Assembly (NCBI GenBank): GCA_002633005.1
Contig: NMRA01000056.1
Span: 567,165 to 631,164, forward strand
Origin: Phoronis australis
Taxonomy: Eukaryota > Animalia > Phoronida
Length of the DNA: 64,000 bases
Reading direction: 5' to 3'
This document shows positions 12,145-24,200 of the stretch, piece after piece (the first letter of the stretch is position 1; each line of letters opens with the position of its first letter). The position numbers and the translations under genes are program-made. The notes under the pieces are model-generated. The model did not search any database. It worked only from the letters and a program-made list of their open reading frames with translations, and was not told the DNA's origin.

Positions 12145-15100
12145 TCATGACGTCTCCTCAGAGTTCTTCTGCTGTCTCTCAACCTTCCATCGCCACCATG
12201 CAACTTTCATGCGGTCCCAGACAGCAGAAAACGAGTCCAGCGCTGGGCGAACATCCAAGATGGCAAATTCATGAGTCTCGCTATTCACCTTGCCGCTGTC
12301 GTAATAGTCTATAACGTAACGCACATGTTTCCCGCATCGGTCGACAATCCAGTCGTGTCTGTCAAACGGCAGCTCATACCTAGGATATAACTGCACAATA
12401 AAGCAAAGGCTTTCACCAAAGACTGACAAGTCTTAATCCTATCAGTCTTTAACTGTTACTAACCAACCAATAGCAGTGGAGTATCTAGGCCCACTTTGTG
12501 TTAATTGGCTAGCAAACTTAATATTGCATATAATTATCCACAGGACTGACACAGGTCAGGCCTGCTTGACTAATATGCCCTGCAAATATTCTCGATACGA
12601 ATTGTTACATTTAATGAACTTGGCACCACATACACCAAGTGCAGTTGTTGCCTTCTGAATGATGACCATTTTCAGCTGGAACTATAGGCACCAGAGTTCC
12701 AAATGAATTACCATTATGGTGGAACCATTGACCTTTAAACCTAACTACTGCTGCTGAGTGCTGACTGAGGTTAGTGCAGTCACAAGACGGCAGCTTTCAG
12801 GGAGTTGCAAGTAAACCGAACAAATTCTTTGACAGATCCATGTTATAACCAAAATAATCAACAAATTTCAGCGAAAGTATGCATTTCCGTATTAATATAA
12901 TAACAAATGTCTCAATTGCTAATTAAATATTCAATCTCACTTTGTTTAGTATGTGGGTAGCTTATTTGATTAATGTTTACAAAATTATGGTTTAGATTAA
13001 CTTATAAGACCCTTTCAAACTAACATCGACGCGTCAATGTTTTGGGGAGTAGCGGTCAGTATGAACAGTTAACTTCGGTCCTGGATTGAATAGGGCCAGT
13101 TAACTTCGCAGTAAACAGGTGGATTTAGCAGGGGAGCGTCAACGCTGAGGTGCAGTATGAACAGTCAGCTTTGGTCTCATCGAAGTTATCGCCAAGAGCC
13201 ACTGCTATAGCAAACAATTAAAAGGCAGTGTCACTGCTAATATTGTACTCAAATAATCACCTACCAAATTAGAAATAAGCACGTTATGTGCATGTTCTTA
13301 AATTGTCACATTAAAAAAATCTTAGCACGCACAGGATGCATCAGTGCTACCTTGTGATTACTTCGATGATGACAGTGTCACCTACCATTAACTACGATGC
13401 CATTAACTACCGAAGCTCGTATGAAAAGTTCAATTAACTTCGCAGTTTACATAGACGCTCGACTCATTCCGGAGTTAAGTAATTATGAAAGGGTCTATAG
13501 ACGAGCAGATGACATTCAACTGTTTGCTTCAGAACGCACGTTTGCATATCTGACCTGACTACATCAGTTAACTATAGTTCGTGAAGTGAAAACAGCTGAC
13601 ATAACAATGAAATGAACTGGATGAGTGGCACACACACACAATAAACCACACAAAAAATAGGGTAAAAGACAATATCCAACACCCCGCATTAAGTACATGC
13701 ATCACTAAGAATGACCCCTGTGAAGACTAATTGTTAACACTATTTTAACTGTTGTTTCTGACTTTGCTGTATCACCATTAATAGAGTTGAATTCGACTAC
13801 TAAGTCCAGGGCTTGGAATGACCAATGGCAAATAACGCAGAAACTTTTATGGCCCAAAACATGCGCGTAACCCAGCCTTGAAATAGTCGATGTTGTGAAC
13901 CCTCACGCCGACAAAAAAATCGTGAAAACTAAAAAAAAAACGTTACCACCGTCAGTAGCATGCGTCTGCGTCTTTTTAGCTCGTCCGTCCACGGCAACGC
14001 AGCGTAAGAAAGGAATTTGCCGCGGAAATTTTATATCAAAGCCGATTTTTTTACGCGGAAATATAATACAATGCGCGAACAGAACATTTCAAAAAAGCGG
14101 AAATCCGCATTTCCGCGGAAAATTCCAAGCCTTGTAAGTCCTTATCAGGCTCAAGTTTGAGTGTGACCAAAAATAACAACGATTAAAATGTTAAAATGAG
14201 CAGACAATGCGTCGTCACCTACCCCATCCAAGAGCGTACTCTTGCTCGAGGGCTGTACTCTTTGGCCTTTCCACCAAACTTCACCAACTTGGGCTGGTCA
14301 CATTCACTGTCAATAGAAAGCACGTTAAGGTTATGCAGAACCCTAGGCAACGTCCAAATTTGGCTAGCTCCGCAACATCATATCTTACAAATGGATGATT
14401 GGTTTATCACAAAACTTTCAGATACTGCGCTTTATGCAAACGCCGATAGGAACTGACTTTAAATTGTTCGACTTCAGCATAAGGGGCTATCAAAAAATAT
14501 GACTTTCATGATTACATGAAAAAACTTTTAAAGATGCATAAAATAAAAACAAAACAATATTTCAGAAAATCGTAACAGCATTTTTGAGATTTCACCTTGA
14601 ACATTTACATCAAATAAAATTTGATCACGTTATCGATACTGCTGTTTTGTTATCCATGTAGCTTTCTTTTTAATTTGCTGAACACTATTTCGTGACCCAA
14701 TTAAAAACATACTAGTAAAAAGTCAAGATTCTAATTTAAGACTTCCTGCTTTCAGAAAATACATACTTTTATTGGGCAACACTCTCGTATAACGTGGCCA
14801 TATTTTGAGAACCAGTTTCATGCCAGTTATTCAGTGGAGAAAACTGGTTCTCAAAATTTGGGCATCTTATATCACCATTACCTTTTTATCAAGTTAAAAT
14901 CTATAGTTCTGTAGATAAGTGGCTTAATACGCATTCTCGTCAATAAGGCCCCACATAATCTCAACTGTACACAAGCATGCATGTTAACAAATAGTAATGT
15001 CAGCAAGAGACTGCATATTAAGTGAAAGATGAACTATGTTCAACACTTCACATTCCAGTTTTTCAGGGAGCGACAATGCAATGCTAACGACATGCGTCAG

Positions 15101-18100
15101 TAAATTTTGTCATCAAAAAGAAAGTCTAGCAACAGTCCGTGTGTGGTTTCTTCCTGTTGCTTCTGAGTACTTCTAGAATTTACAGACAAATGCTAGACTC
15201 GACTACGAGAAGCCTTTAATTTAGCATACATCTATCCACAGTTTAGACACAAGTCAGTCACGACTGCTTGACTGGTATGCCGGGCACCGAAGCCACGTCT
15301 GTTTTTGTGCTTTTTTACTATCACCATGACAGACATCATTTAATTTCTGAATATTCGAAACTTGAATACAGCGAGTCTCGTGACATCATAATAAACTAGT
15401 ATCTGTAGCCCCAAGTCGTCAATACGACGTTTACGTCACCATTTATTTGACTATACACCAACAACTGTTTGATCGATGAAAATGTGCTTCTTAGTGCAGA
15501 ATTTAGAAAGTCTGCGAAATATCACGCAGACAGGTCCCCTTTTCCTCTTAACATGCTCATGTCAATCTGCAGAGTCCCACTTTACCCAACACTCTATTGA
15601 TATACTTTTATACATCTAACTATACCAGCTCTCTGTAACAACAATTCACCCTTTGCACATAGTACGAATATGCGCCGAAAGGTCGAGCTACTAAACATTT
15701 CTGAGTGGAGACGAACAAGAAAAGAGTGTTATCACCTGATCCAGGCAGCTACTCAAATTTTTGGATCAGCATCGCTAGTCATTGCAAAACAGCAAAAATG
15801 CATGAGCTCTAGACTGACGAATGCCAAATAATTTTTCAATAAAACAGGTATTAGCCAGGCAGTAACATATCACTGGATGAAAACTGTCTGACCGACCAAC
15901 ACGTTGCATTGTAAATAATATAGAGAAAATCATACAGAAAGATTCGATATTTTCGATGTGGTTGCTTGACCACAATTTCTCTACAGCGTCACTAAACCCC
16001 CCATAAGGAGCCTCGCGTAAAAACCACTCACTATGCGTGGAGTGCCTCCCACTTGAGAACCTCCTGCCATGCCAGCTCATTGTTGACGTTATGTATCTTG
16101 ATGATGTGGTCCATGTCGACTGGCGACAGGTCATCATCCTTCCACTTCCATCCTGCCGAAAAAACAGCAATGTAACTAAGCTATATTAACAAGCCGCTGC
16201 GGAATAATTATTGAGTTTGTCCAGTCTTTGCCTGTTGAATGTAGCAACCACAGGTGACTACAGGAGCTCTCTAATTATGACTATTGAGGAATTAGCAATT
16301 TTATGCAGAACTGAGCTTGGTTCGGCTGGAACGCAAAGTCTGACCCTAACCAAAATTCAAGCTTCTGACTTGCCAATGCAGCAATTTTGCCTTAACTGCA
16401 TGCTCTTTCACTTTTCCTCAAGTTAATAAGCATCTGCGTTCATAAACTGATCAACACATACCTTTCCTGAGCATGGCGTTCCAGAACATTTGTGGAGAAG
16501 GGTAGACCCAGTTCTCATTGGTACCCGCCTTGGGGATGTTGGACACCACGCGGTCAGTGGGTAGGGCAAACGGCTGGTCAGGTGCCGGAAGCTGGTTTGG
16601 AGGGGGCATCTACAGGGTGGACAGAAACAGAGGATATATAACTTTACTACGCGATTCCACACGACAAGAATTGACACTTATCATCCGAAAAATATTGACG
16701 GCTCTTCAATATCAAATGAACTGATAGTAGTCAAAGATCAGTCTTCTATTAATTCACTGATTATCTAATGCATAAACTTGACCAATGAAGATGTAACAAG
16801 ACTCAAGTATCCATATTTTGCACATTGATTAATAATAATAATACGCCATCAGCACAGTTGGCTACATTCACTGGTGACACAGATGACATGAACAGTTAAT
16901 TATATGAACAGTTAATTATGTTGCTTTGAAATTCTTTTTCCCCTCAACTAGTGTGTTGGATACCGAGAGGCACATTATCAAAGCACTCCATCTGGCACAC
17001 ACTTTCCACAGGATAGGCATATATTGCCATGACTGCTTGACTGGTGTGCACTATAAGGCTCTCAATGACTGACAGGCTTTAAGTGACTAAATATGGCTGG
17101 TGAGGTCTAAGGTCACAGCACTGAATTCATCAAACTTGAATTAAAAGCCTTCTTAGTAAGAATAACTGAGCTAAAATTAGACGCTCTTATTCAAGTCTGG
17201 CCATAATGTTCAAGCTTGGCCACCATTATTCAAGCTTTTCAGACTTATCTTCTTCAAGGTTCCACGCTGAGTTTGCAAAACCTCGTTAGCAATGTGGCAG
17301 ACGACCTTATTTGAATGTATCCTGCACAAGTTACGCAGTCACGCACGAACAGAACATAAGAAACTTTCATTTCGACCACCAAGAAAACAAGTTTTACTAG
17401 GTGACGGAATTTGCTACCGGTGTTTTGTGATTCATAGAAAACAAAATTGTGGATATTTCGCCAATTCAGCGGATCAGCAACACTAGAATCTCAATTGCTG
17501 GTGTAATTCGAAGTATTTTCCTCATTCAAACTTGACGACGACACACTCTGACCAGTCAAAGAAATGAAAAGATAAATTCTAGACATGGAAACATTGCACC
17601 TATTATGTTCATCCTATCAAACAGATCAGTCAGCATTTAAGCAGCATTTTAGCATTAAGGTACCATATTAAGAGGATCAACATCACTGTTTTCAGCCGTC
17701 ATTGGACATTCACTGCGATACTCTATACGTTGTCCATGATCAACTGGGCATTCTGAAAAACAGAAAATAAAGTTGACCATAAAATCACAAAGCTTCTAAA
17801 AGATTTTTTTTACTTTATACCCAAGGAATAATCATCTGAGTCATCTTGCTCAGTGGTACGTTTTATTTTGATAAAGAAAGTCAGGGAAACACTTACATTA
17901 GCCGAGACATGGCGAATACAGAAGTAAACCAAGGAGTGGTAGGACTATCACCTTTTTCAATGCCAAGTTTTTAGAAATGCATTGCACAGTGCTGAATAGA
18001 TTTTGAGGACACGTGAAGCAAATGGTGTAATCATGAAAAACACTCTAAAATTGGTATTTGCAGGTGGATTGTTGCCAATAAACTGTAGTCGTCTCCCTAG

Positions 18101-18471
18101 AAATTTACGATTAACTAGGTCAAGGATGGGAAAGTACTCAACTTGCCAATTCGTGCATTTAGCAGAGTCACACGCTGAAAGGCACACCTGGCAGTGAAAG
18201 AGTAACGGAATACAAACATGTCATTTCTAAATGTTCACGCGGACGCTAGCTCACATTTGAGTATGGAACACACCACCCCACTAAAGTAGTGCCACGTAAC
18301 ACTCGTGACAGACAGGCGTCGGAACTTGGAATGCTGCTCACCCCGCACTTTCTTCACGCTCTCCGGCTTCTGATGCATGGGGCATTCAGGTGGCGGAATG
18401 TTCTCCTTATCACCAACAGGCGGGGCTAACTTAAATGCAGCCGCAGCCTCGGACGACGATGTGGCACCCAT
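12145..18471 (-). CDS. HCCS: Holocytochrome c-type synthase (cytochrome c heme lyase), 268 aa
   Basis: Coding exons 18342-18471, 17664-17752, 16462-16609, 16032-16152, 14223-14306, 12145-12379 (807 nt, phases 1,0,1,2,2 consistent, all GT-AG). Hallmarks: CPM/CPV/CPM heme motifs, [70 protein letters not shown]. Confidence 0.97.
13007..13496. mobile_element. MITE, PIF/Harbinger- or ISL2EU-like, in an HCCS intron
   Basis: TIR AGACCCTTTCA...TGAAAGGGTCT flanked on both sides by ATA; internal ttaacttcg repeats. Confidence 0.65.
13807..14134. mobile_element. MITE with CAGGGCTTGGAAT TIRs and 6-bp TSD
   Basis: CAGGGCTTGGAAT...ATTCCAAGCCTTG; flanks taagtc / taagtc. Confidence 0.75.
14788..14872. mobile_element. 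Short hairpin MITE (related copies at ~25090-25165 and ~31375-31450)
   Basis: tataac..ttttgagaaccagttt...aaactggttctcaaaa..ttata inverted arms; same sequence recurs in an SKP2 intron. Confidence 0.6.
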
Positions 18472-18629
18472 TCTACTTCACCATTTAGTCTGAAACAAAA
18501 ATTTTATATTTTAGACATCATGACTTATGTATATTTTGTTAAGAAACATTGGGAGAGACTTGCAGGTGATTCAGTTAAGCACAGTCGAATGTTCCTTGTT
18601 TATAATGAATATAACATACAAACTTCCAA

Positions 18630-20620
18630 CTTCCAAGGCCTCCTCAGCTTCTGATCATTCTCAATACACTATATTCTAAACATATATAATATATATATGT
18701 ACTACAGGGTATGACACTCGGGACAAGGAATTCCACGGGAGTTTCACCTCAGCCATCCATATCAAACACAAAACTCGATAAATTTACACAAAACAGGGGT
18801 TCAGCAAACCATGAGCAACTGTTCTTTCTTCTGCAGACCTGTGTACCACCAAAACTGCATTGGAGTACTCTGAACACCAGATTTACAGATTTTTCAGTAA
18901 ATTTGCAGATTTTCGCGTACAGATCAAATTTACCCTAAAATATAGGGGGGTTATAAATTTTTCGCAGTGGACCTTTCACTAAGTACAAAAAAGAAAGAAA
19001 AACACCGGACAACGGGTTTGCTCAGCATTCAGAGGTTTCGCTAAATTCTTGCCTCTTTAGTGACTTTTGTCCGTTTTCTCGGACTTTTAGTTTCTCTCAG
19101 GACCTTTTTGCCCACTTTGCCAAATGGGGAACTCATTCAAGCCCCCCCCCAGTATGCGCATGGGTACTTTTCCTACTTACTTGCCTCTGAAACACTTTCT
19201 AAAGTACACGTGGTGAATTGATCACCAATTTTCAGGATAATTTAAGTTGTTTAGTTGAGCGACAACGCGCTTAGTGAAAAGATCCTGTTAATCAATAGAA
19301 AATGTACTTACTGACTTTAGGTATGTTAGTACATGCCTAATGTACACCTCATTACCCAACACAAAAACATATGTGCAAAAATGTGTTGATGAATCTGCAC
19401 TGGACTGTTTTGTACCAGATATTTTTTTAACAATTCACAAAAGTTTTAAATAATTATTCATTGCAAGTGTTTGTGAACACGTACCACTGTACTGCATGCG
19501 AAACACCTCGAGGCTCGACTGTGGCTCGAGTATTATCGTCAGCTCAATATGCTACGAAGTCAGTGCAGTCACCATGTCCGCAAAAAAAACATGCTATACA
19601 ACATGCAGAAAAAATTCCATGGTCCCTTGAATAAGACATTGTAATTCTTTAGAATAACGTGGCAAAAACAGATGTTCCCTTCTTTCAGAAGTTGCTTTCT
19701 TCACAACACGGAATATGCGACCACATGCTTTGCCATTTTGTCAACAATACGTATTTAGCCGTAAATAGCCGGAATTAAATGAAGTAAAAATCCACAAATC
19801 ACAGAAGTCATTGCTTATAGGTTAGGCCTGTGACACACATAGCAACAGAAGAGGCCTCGCGATTTGCCGATTATCAGGCTATTACGAGAATGAAACGAAG
19901 CAAGTTTTCTGAGTTTGTAGCTCAACTTTTTAGCTTGAATAATGATTTTACAATATTTTTCAATTTCTAACTTTAAAATCTTCTTCCTCGTCCATTTCGA
20001 CTACTTAAGGAACAAGCGAATTAATAATCTCTTTTGAATTTCCAAATTTACGTATTTTTGCCAGGCCGTGCGTACTGGAGGCTCGATTTCCGTACGAATC
20101 TGTTTTTTTTGTGTATGGTACACAGGTCTGCTTCTGATAGCATTTACACAGTGTCCTGCTCCAGCGAGTTCGAAACAAATTCGTGTCAAAGCACAAAGTT
20201 TTTCCCAAAAAGCCAATGCGTACTATCAATGTGTCCCACATGAGTCAGTACGGAATTATCCGAGGAGTTCCGGATGGACGGCCGGTTCATCATGGAAGGT
20301 TATGAAATGGTCTGGCTACTCGACGGTCTGTGGCGAATCGGTTTCTTCCATGGGACACACTGGCTGTATGCAAGGGCTTTTAGGGAAGATTGTTGAGCTT
20401 AAGCCTTTGACCGTGATTTTCTTGCGAACTCGCTGGAGCAGGACACCGTAAATGCTAAGAAAGAACAATTGCTCATGGTTTGCTGAACCAGTTTTGTGTA
20501 AATTTATTGAGTTTCGTGTTTGATATGGACAGCTGAAGTGAAGTACCCGTGGAATTCCTAGCCCTAGGCCCGAGTATCACACCTTTATTGGAGACAACCA
20601 GAAGTTGAGGAGGCGTCTGG
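18630..20620. mobile_element. Long inverted-repeat pair in HCCS intron 1 with a nested 320-bp MITE (20138-20457)
   Basis: 18630-18850 is the reverse complement of 20116-20620 (e.g. ggaattccacggg, ggttcagcaaaccatgagcaa, gcagacctgtgtacca); the right arm is interrupted by TAGCATTTAC..gtgtcctgctccagcgagttcg / cgaactcgctggagcaggacac..GTAAATGCTA. Confidence 0.7.
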
Positions 20621-20952
20621 GTATGAGACTGGTATTTTCCCTCGAATTGCCATTTCGTCTGAATTGGCGACATTGCATCATACTTGCCACTTTTATCATG
20701 GGTACTGGTTCGATTACTACAATACTTTCCTAAAATATATCGTAGGTCATTAACACAGTCGCTAGGTGCCACCACTGGCACTGCAAATTGCGTAAGCCGT
20801 GAACTTGTCGATGCGATGGGTTGTTTACCCACGGCCAGGCTGGAGGCTTGTCTTGCTGAAGGAGTAAATCGATTCACATTTATTCCTGAATATGCCAGGA
20901 GCTTGGTAACAGCAAAAAAAACAAATGGAGACGTAAGAAAGAACCAGATTAC

Positions 20953-21280
20953 CATAAAATTCCGGGTTCCCAAATTCGTCTTCACATTTCTCCATGCGAC
21001 TTCCGGACAATTCTTAAACGCATGCGTGGGAGTCACAAATTACAAAGAATGAAAAAGAAAAATATTTGCATACATGCAAATAATTTCAAAATATTAACTT
21101 TAAATTATTGTAAATAATATTTTTCTTACTAATAATACACAAAAATACACAAATTTAGACGCAGTTATGGGAAATTACAAATACTTGCAAAAGATTTTAC
21201 AGACCCAGCCTTATTCTTATTTACCACAATAATTGATGATCTTGATTGGTCAAAATCGTTCATACGAATCGGCGGTAAAA
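20953..21280. promoter_or_regulatory. Putative bidirectional HCCS/SKP2 promoter including the likely non-coding first exon of HCCS (~20953-21000, - strand)
   Basis: HCCS needs an upstream exon (acceptor at 18490-18491); a candidate donor g|gtaatc lies at 20953/20952. Motifs: ETS CCGGAAGT (20999-21006, -), NRF1-like ACGCATGCGT (21018-21027), inverted octamer pair (21064-21081), CCAAT box (ATTGG 21245-21249). SKP2 ATG at 21281. Confidence 0.6.
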
Positions 21281-24200
21281 ATGAAGGCAACAAAGCGGAG
21301 AGCGAAGAAAACTTTTCCCACAAATTCGGAACAACATGCAAAACCTGAGAATCCTAAACAGTGAGTATAGGTTAACTTGCATTAAAGTAACCGTTAACAA
21401 TTTCCTTACAAACTTAATTGCAAATATTCTTGTATTCTCCCCACTGGTATTTCGGGGTCCCAGTCACCGGCCGTTCCCGATTTCCCGCAAATTTCTAATT
21501 CTAGCAGGTTAATAAATGTTACACAGCTCTAGCAATTGCAGTAGCAAAATGTATTCTATAACTGGCTGCTTCGTTCATGGAGGCTAAATTACTTTCCAGT
21601 CGAGCTTTTTGACGATTGCCAATATCTGCTAAAATGCGTCGCGGTCATCGTCCTCAAGTATTCAGAACCAGGTAACACTGAACAAGGGGCGGATCCAGGA
21701 TTTTGAGCTATGGGGGGAGGTGCAGGGCTGAGTATTAGCCTGGATTTTGCTCACCTGACATTTACACCCCCAAACTACCAAGTGGAATCTGGGAGGATTT
21801 TTTTGGGGGTGCTTGACCTCTTTGCCCCCCTCCCCCCCTAAATCCGCCACTGGACACGAAGTAACTGTAGCTGTTTGAGTATGCTCAGAGTATAGACAGT
21901 TGGTCCACCAATGCTGCCCTGTTTGGCATCCGCTTCTCTGTCTTCTAAGCATCTTGAGACTTGAAGTTTCGTGAAAGATGGCAGGTGTGCTCCTTATTGT
22001 TTAGAATAAGAAAAATGATCATTACTTGTATCCGTGCTGCATGATGTTCTTTTTGTTTCTCGTGATCACAGAACGCAAAGACGCACGTCCATGACATGGG
22101 CAGTAAGTCAGGAGTTCACGGCCAGTATCTATGAAGACATGGGCGTATCAGAGTTAGCTGAAGAAGCTACTGACAACAGTCCTAACACGTACAGCAATGA
22201 CAACATACCTCAGGCTCAAGTGAGTGACACCTGCCTAATGGACATCATGTTCCATCATAATCAATGTGCCACCATGGCTGCCTGGCGTAATCCTTAATTG
22301 ACTATTTACTAACTCTGGGATATTCTTTTTCATGCACAAATTCCAAGTTTTTTGGGATAATCTTCTCCACAATCGCATTGTTTTGACTCATCGCAGCAAG
22401 GATTTCGAATTCCGACTTGAGGGGTTTGATTTACTTGCTTCAAGTTTGAACACCTATCCAACCAGTTCAAACTTTTTAGGTTAGCCGTTTCTTAAAGCAG
22501 TGGTCGTTTTAAGCTATTAATTAGGCCTTAAACAGCTGCAGTTCAATGCCTTTTTTCCAAGACTTGATGCACAAACTCCTCACAGTGTGGACTTTTTCGC
22601 AAGTTTTGTAATTCCCAACAGGTTTGAATTTTCTCTTGTTAGAAACACTCATGGAAATTCCAGGAATACTTGCAAACTGAAAAAATAGCTTCCATACATG
22701 GAAAAGGCAAAATTAACCTTCGTTTTGAAATGCAAGCCGAAACGCAAGTTCATGTATTAAATTTTGCTTAGCAACAACCAACATGTGTGTAAAGGAAATG
22801 AGGCATGGTTATTTTTTCATGTTTTTCAGGGGGTAATGAGGCCGATGTTTGATCCCAAAGTTTGACTTGGTAGCTTTTTATGTAACCTTTACTTAAAACT
22901 AAAATTCTTGGTTGTTTTTGAGAGATACTATTTTTCTAGCCATGAACATGCAACCAAAATCTGGTTTCTTACTAGCCAAATCGGAGTAAAGAAACTGCGA
23001 AATTTTAATTTGATGATTAAGATTATCAACCATTTTTAAGTCGCCAGCGTTACCACCGAACCGCATTAGCAGCTATCACAGTAAATATCAAAGGTCAAAT
23101 AGATGAAGACCACAAATGACGTCTGTCGTATTTGAAACGATACCAGTATGGCCAGATCAAGGTGACGCCAAAATGGAATCCAATGAGGCGTTCAAGCTGT
23201 ATTGTCTGTCAGGATTGTATTTTCGATTAGAGACCAATTTGTACCCCAAACTTTCTGGGAACTCGTAATTTTTCCACAGCAAGACAACGCACAGTTAACG
23301 CAATCTGATGACTTGAGACTGGCGTAATGGCGCAGAATTAATCACGTTCACGTGAAGTCTTGTCAAAGTGACAATTTTTTGCAGTACTGGTAACCATATT
23401 TACTGTGGTACATTACCCTTCTCCTCAAGTTACGTCGGTGGTCTAAATTTTATGCTGGTTTCTAATCCCTTGTCCCATAGAAGAGTAAATTTAATGCTAC
23501 AGTAAATTTACTCCAGTAGTAATTGACCGTTCCCACCAAAGTTAAGCTAAGTAAAGAATGTTATGGTGGTGGAGTACAGGTTCCATGGGAAAACTGTTTT
23601 AGAGAAGTGATGTAAACAGTGCAAAAAAGCCTCCACCTTGTGCCTAAATTCATTTGTATTCATTGAGCAAGCACAGTGACAGGTACAGACTATGTTTGAT
23701 AATGATGCAGTCATGATGTTGGCTCAGATGGCCAATTAAACGGTAATTGATGCTGTCGAAAATCTTTCCAATTAATTTTCATTTCAAGTGTAGTTGCATT
23801 CCTCTTCGAAATCAATAGGTGATCAGTTCATTCTACAAGCCAATGACAAACTAAAGAAGAAAACAGCAGGGAAATTAAACAAAGCAATTCAAGTTGGAAA
23901 ATTGTCGATAACAAGCAACATTGACTTGCCCTTTCGATAAATTTTGCCTTATGTCTGCAGGCACCAAAAGTGCCCACTTTAAAGCGAAGCCACATGGTGC
24001 AAGAAGTCGGCGAGGAAACGCCGGTCAAGTGGGTGCCACCTCACAACGACGGGGACGGCTGTTTTATATGTAAACGACCACGGCGAGAGATTGCCCAAGG
24101 CGATGGTAATGATAAATGTTTTGTGTTCAACGTTTTCTCACCTTACACTCGTGGACTTGCAGTTATTTGGTTGCTGTCTATCCTAGAAAATCTCATTTGG

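Noticed and set aside
12142-12147. Stop-codon readthrough or selenocysteine at the HCCS TGA
   Set aside because: A second in-frame TGA follows at once and the protein is already full length.
20473-21052. 187-aa (-) and 122-aa (+) ORFs between HCCS and SKP2
   Set aside because: They overlap promoter motifs and an inverted-repeat arm, show no recognisable domain, and share sequence with the repeat-derived ORF at 18711-18938.
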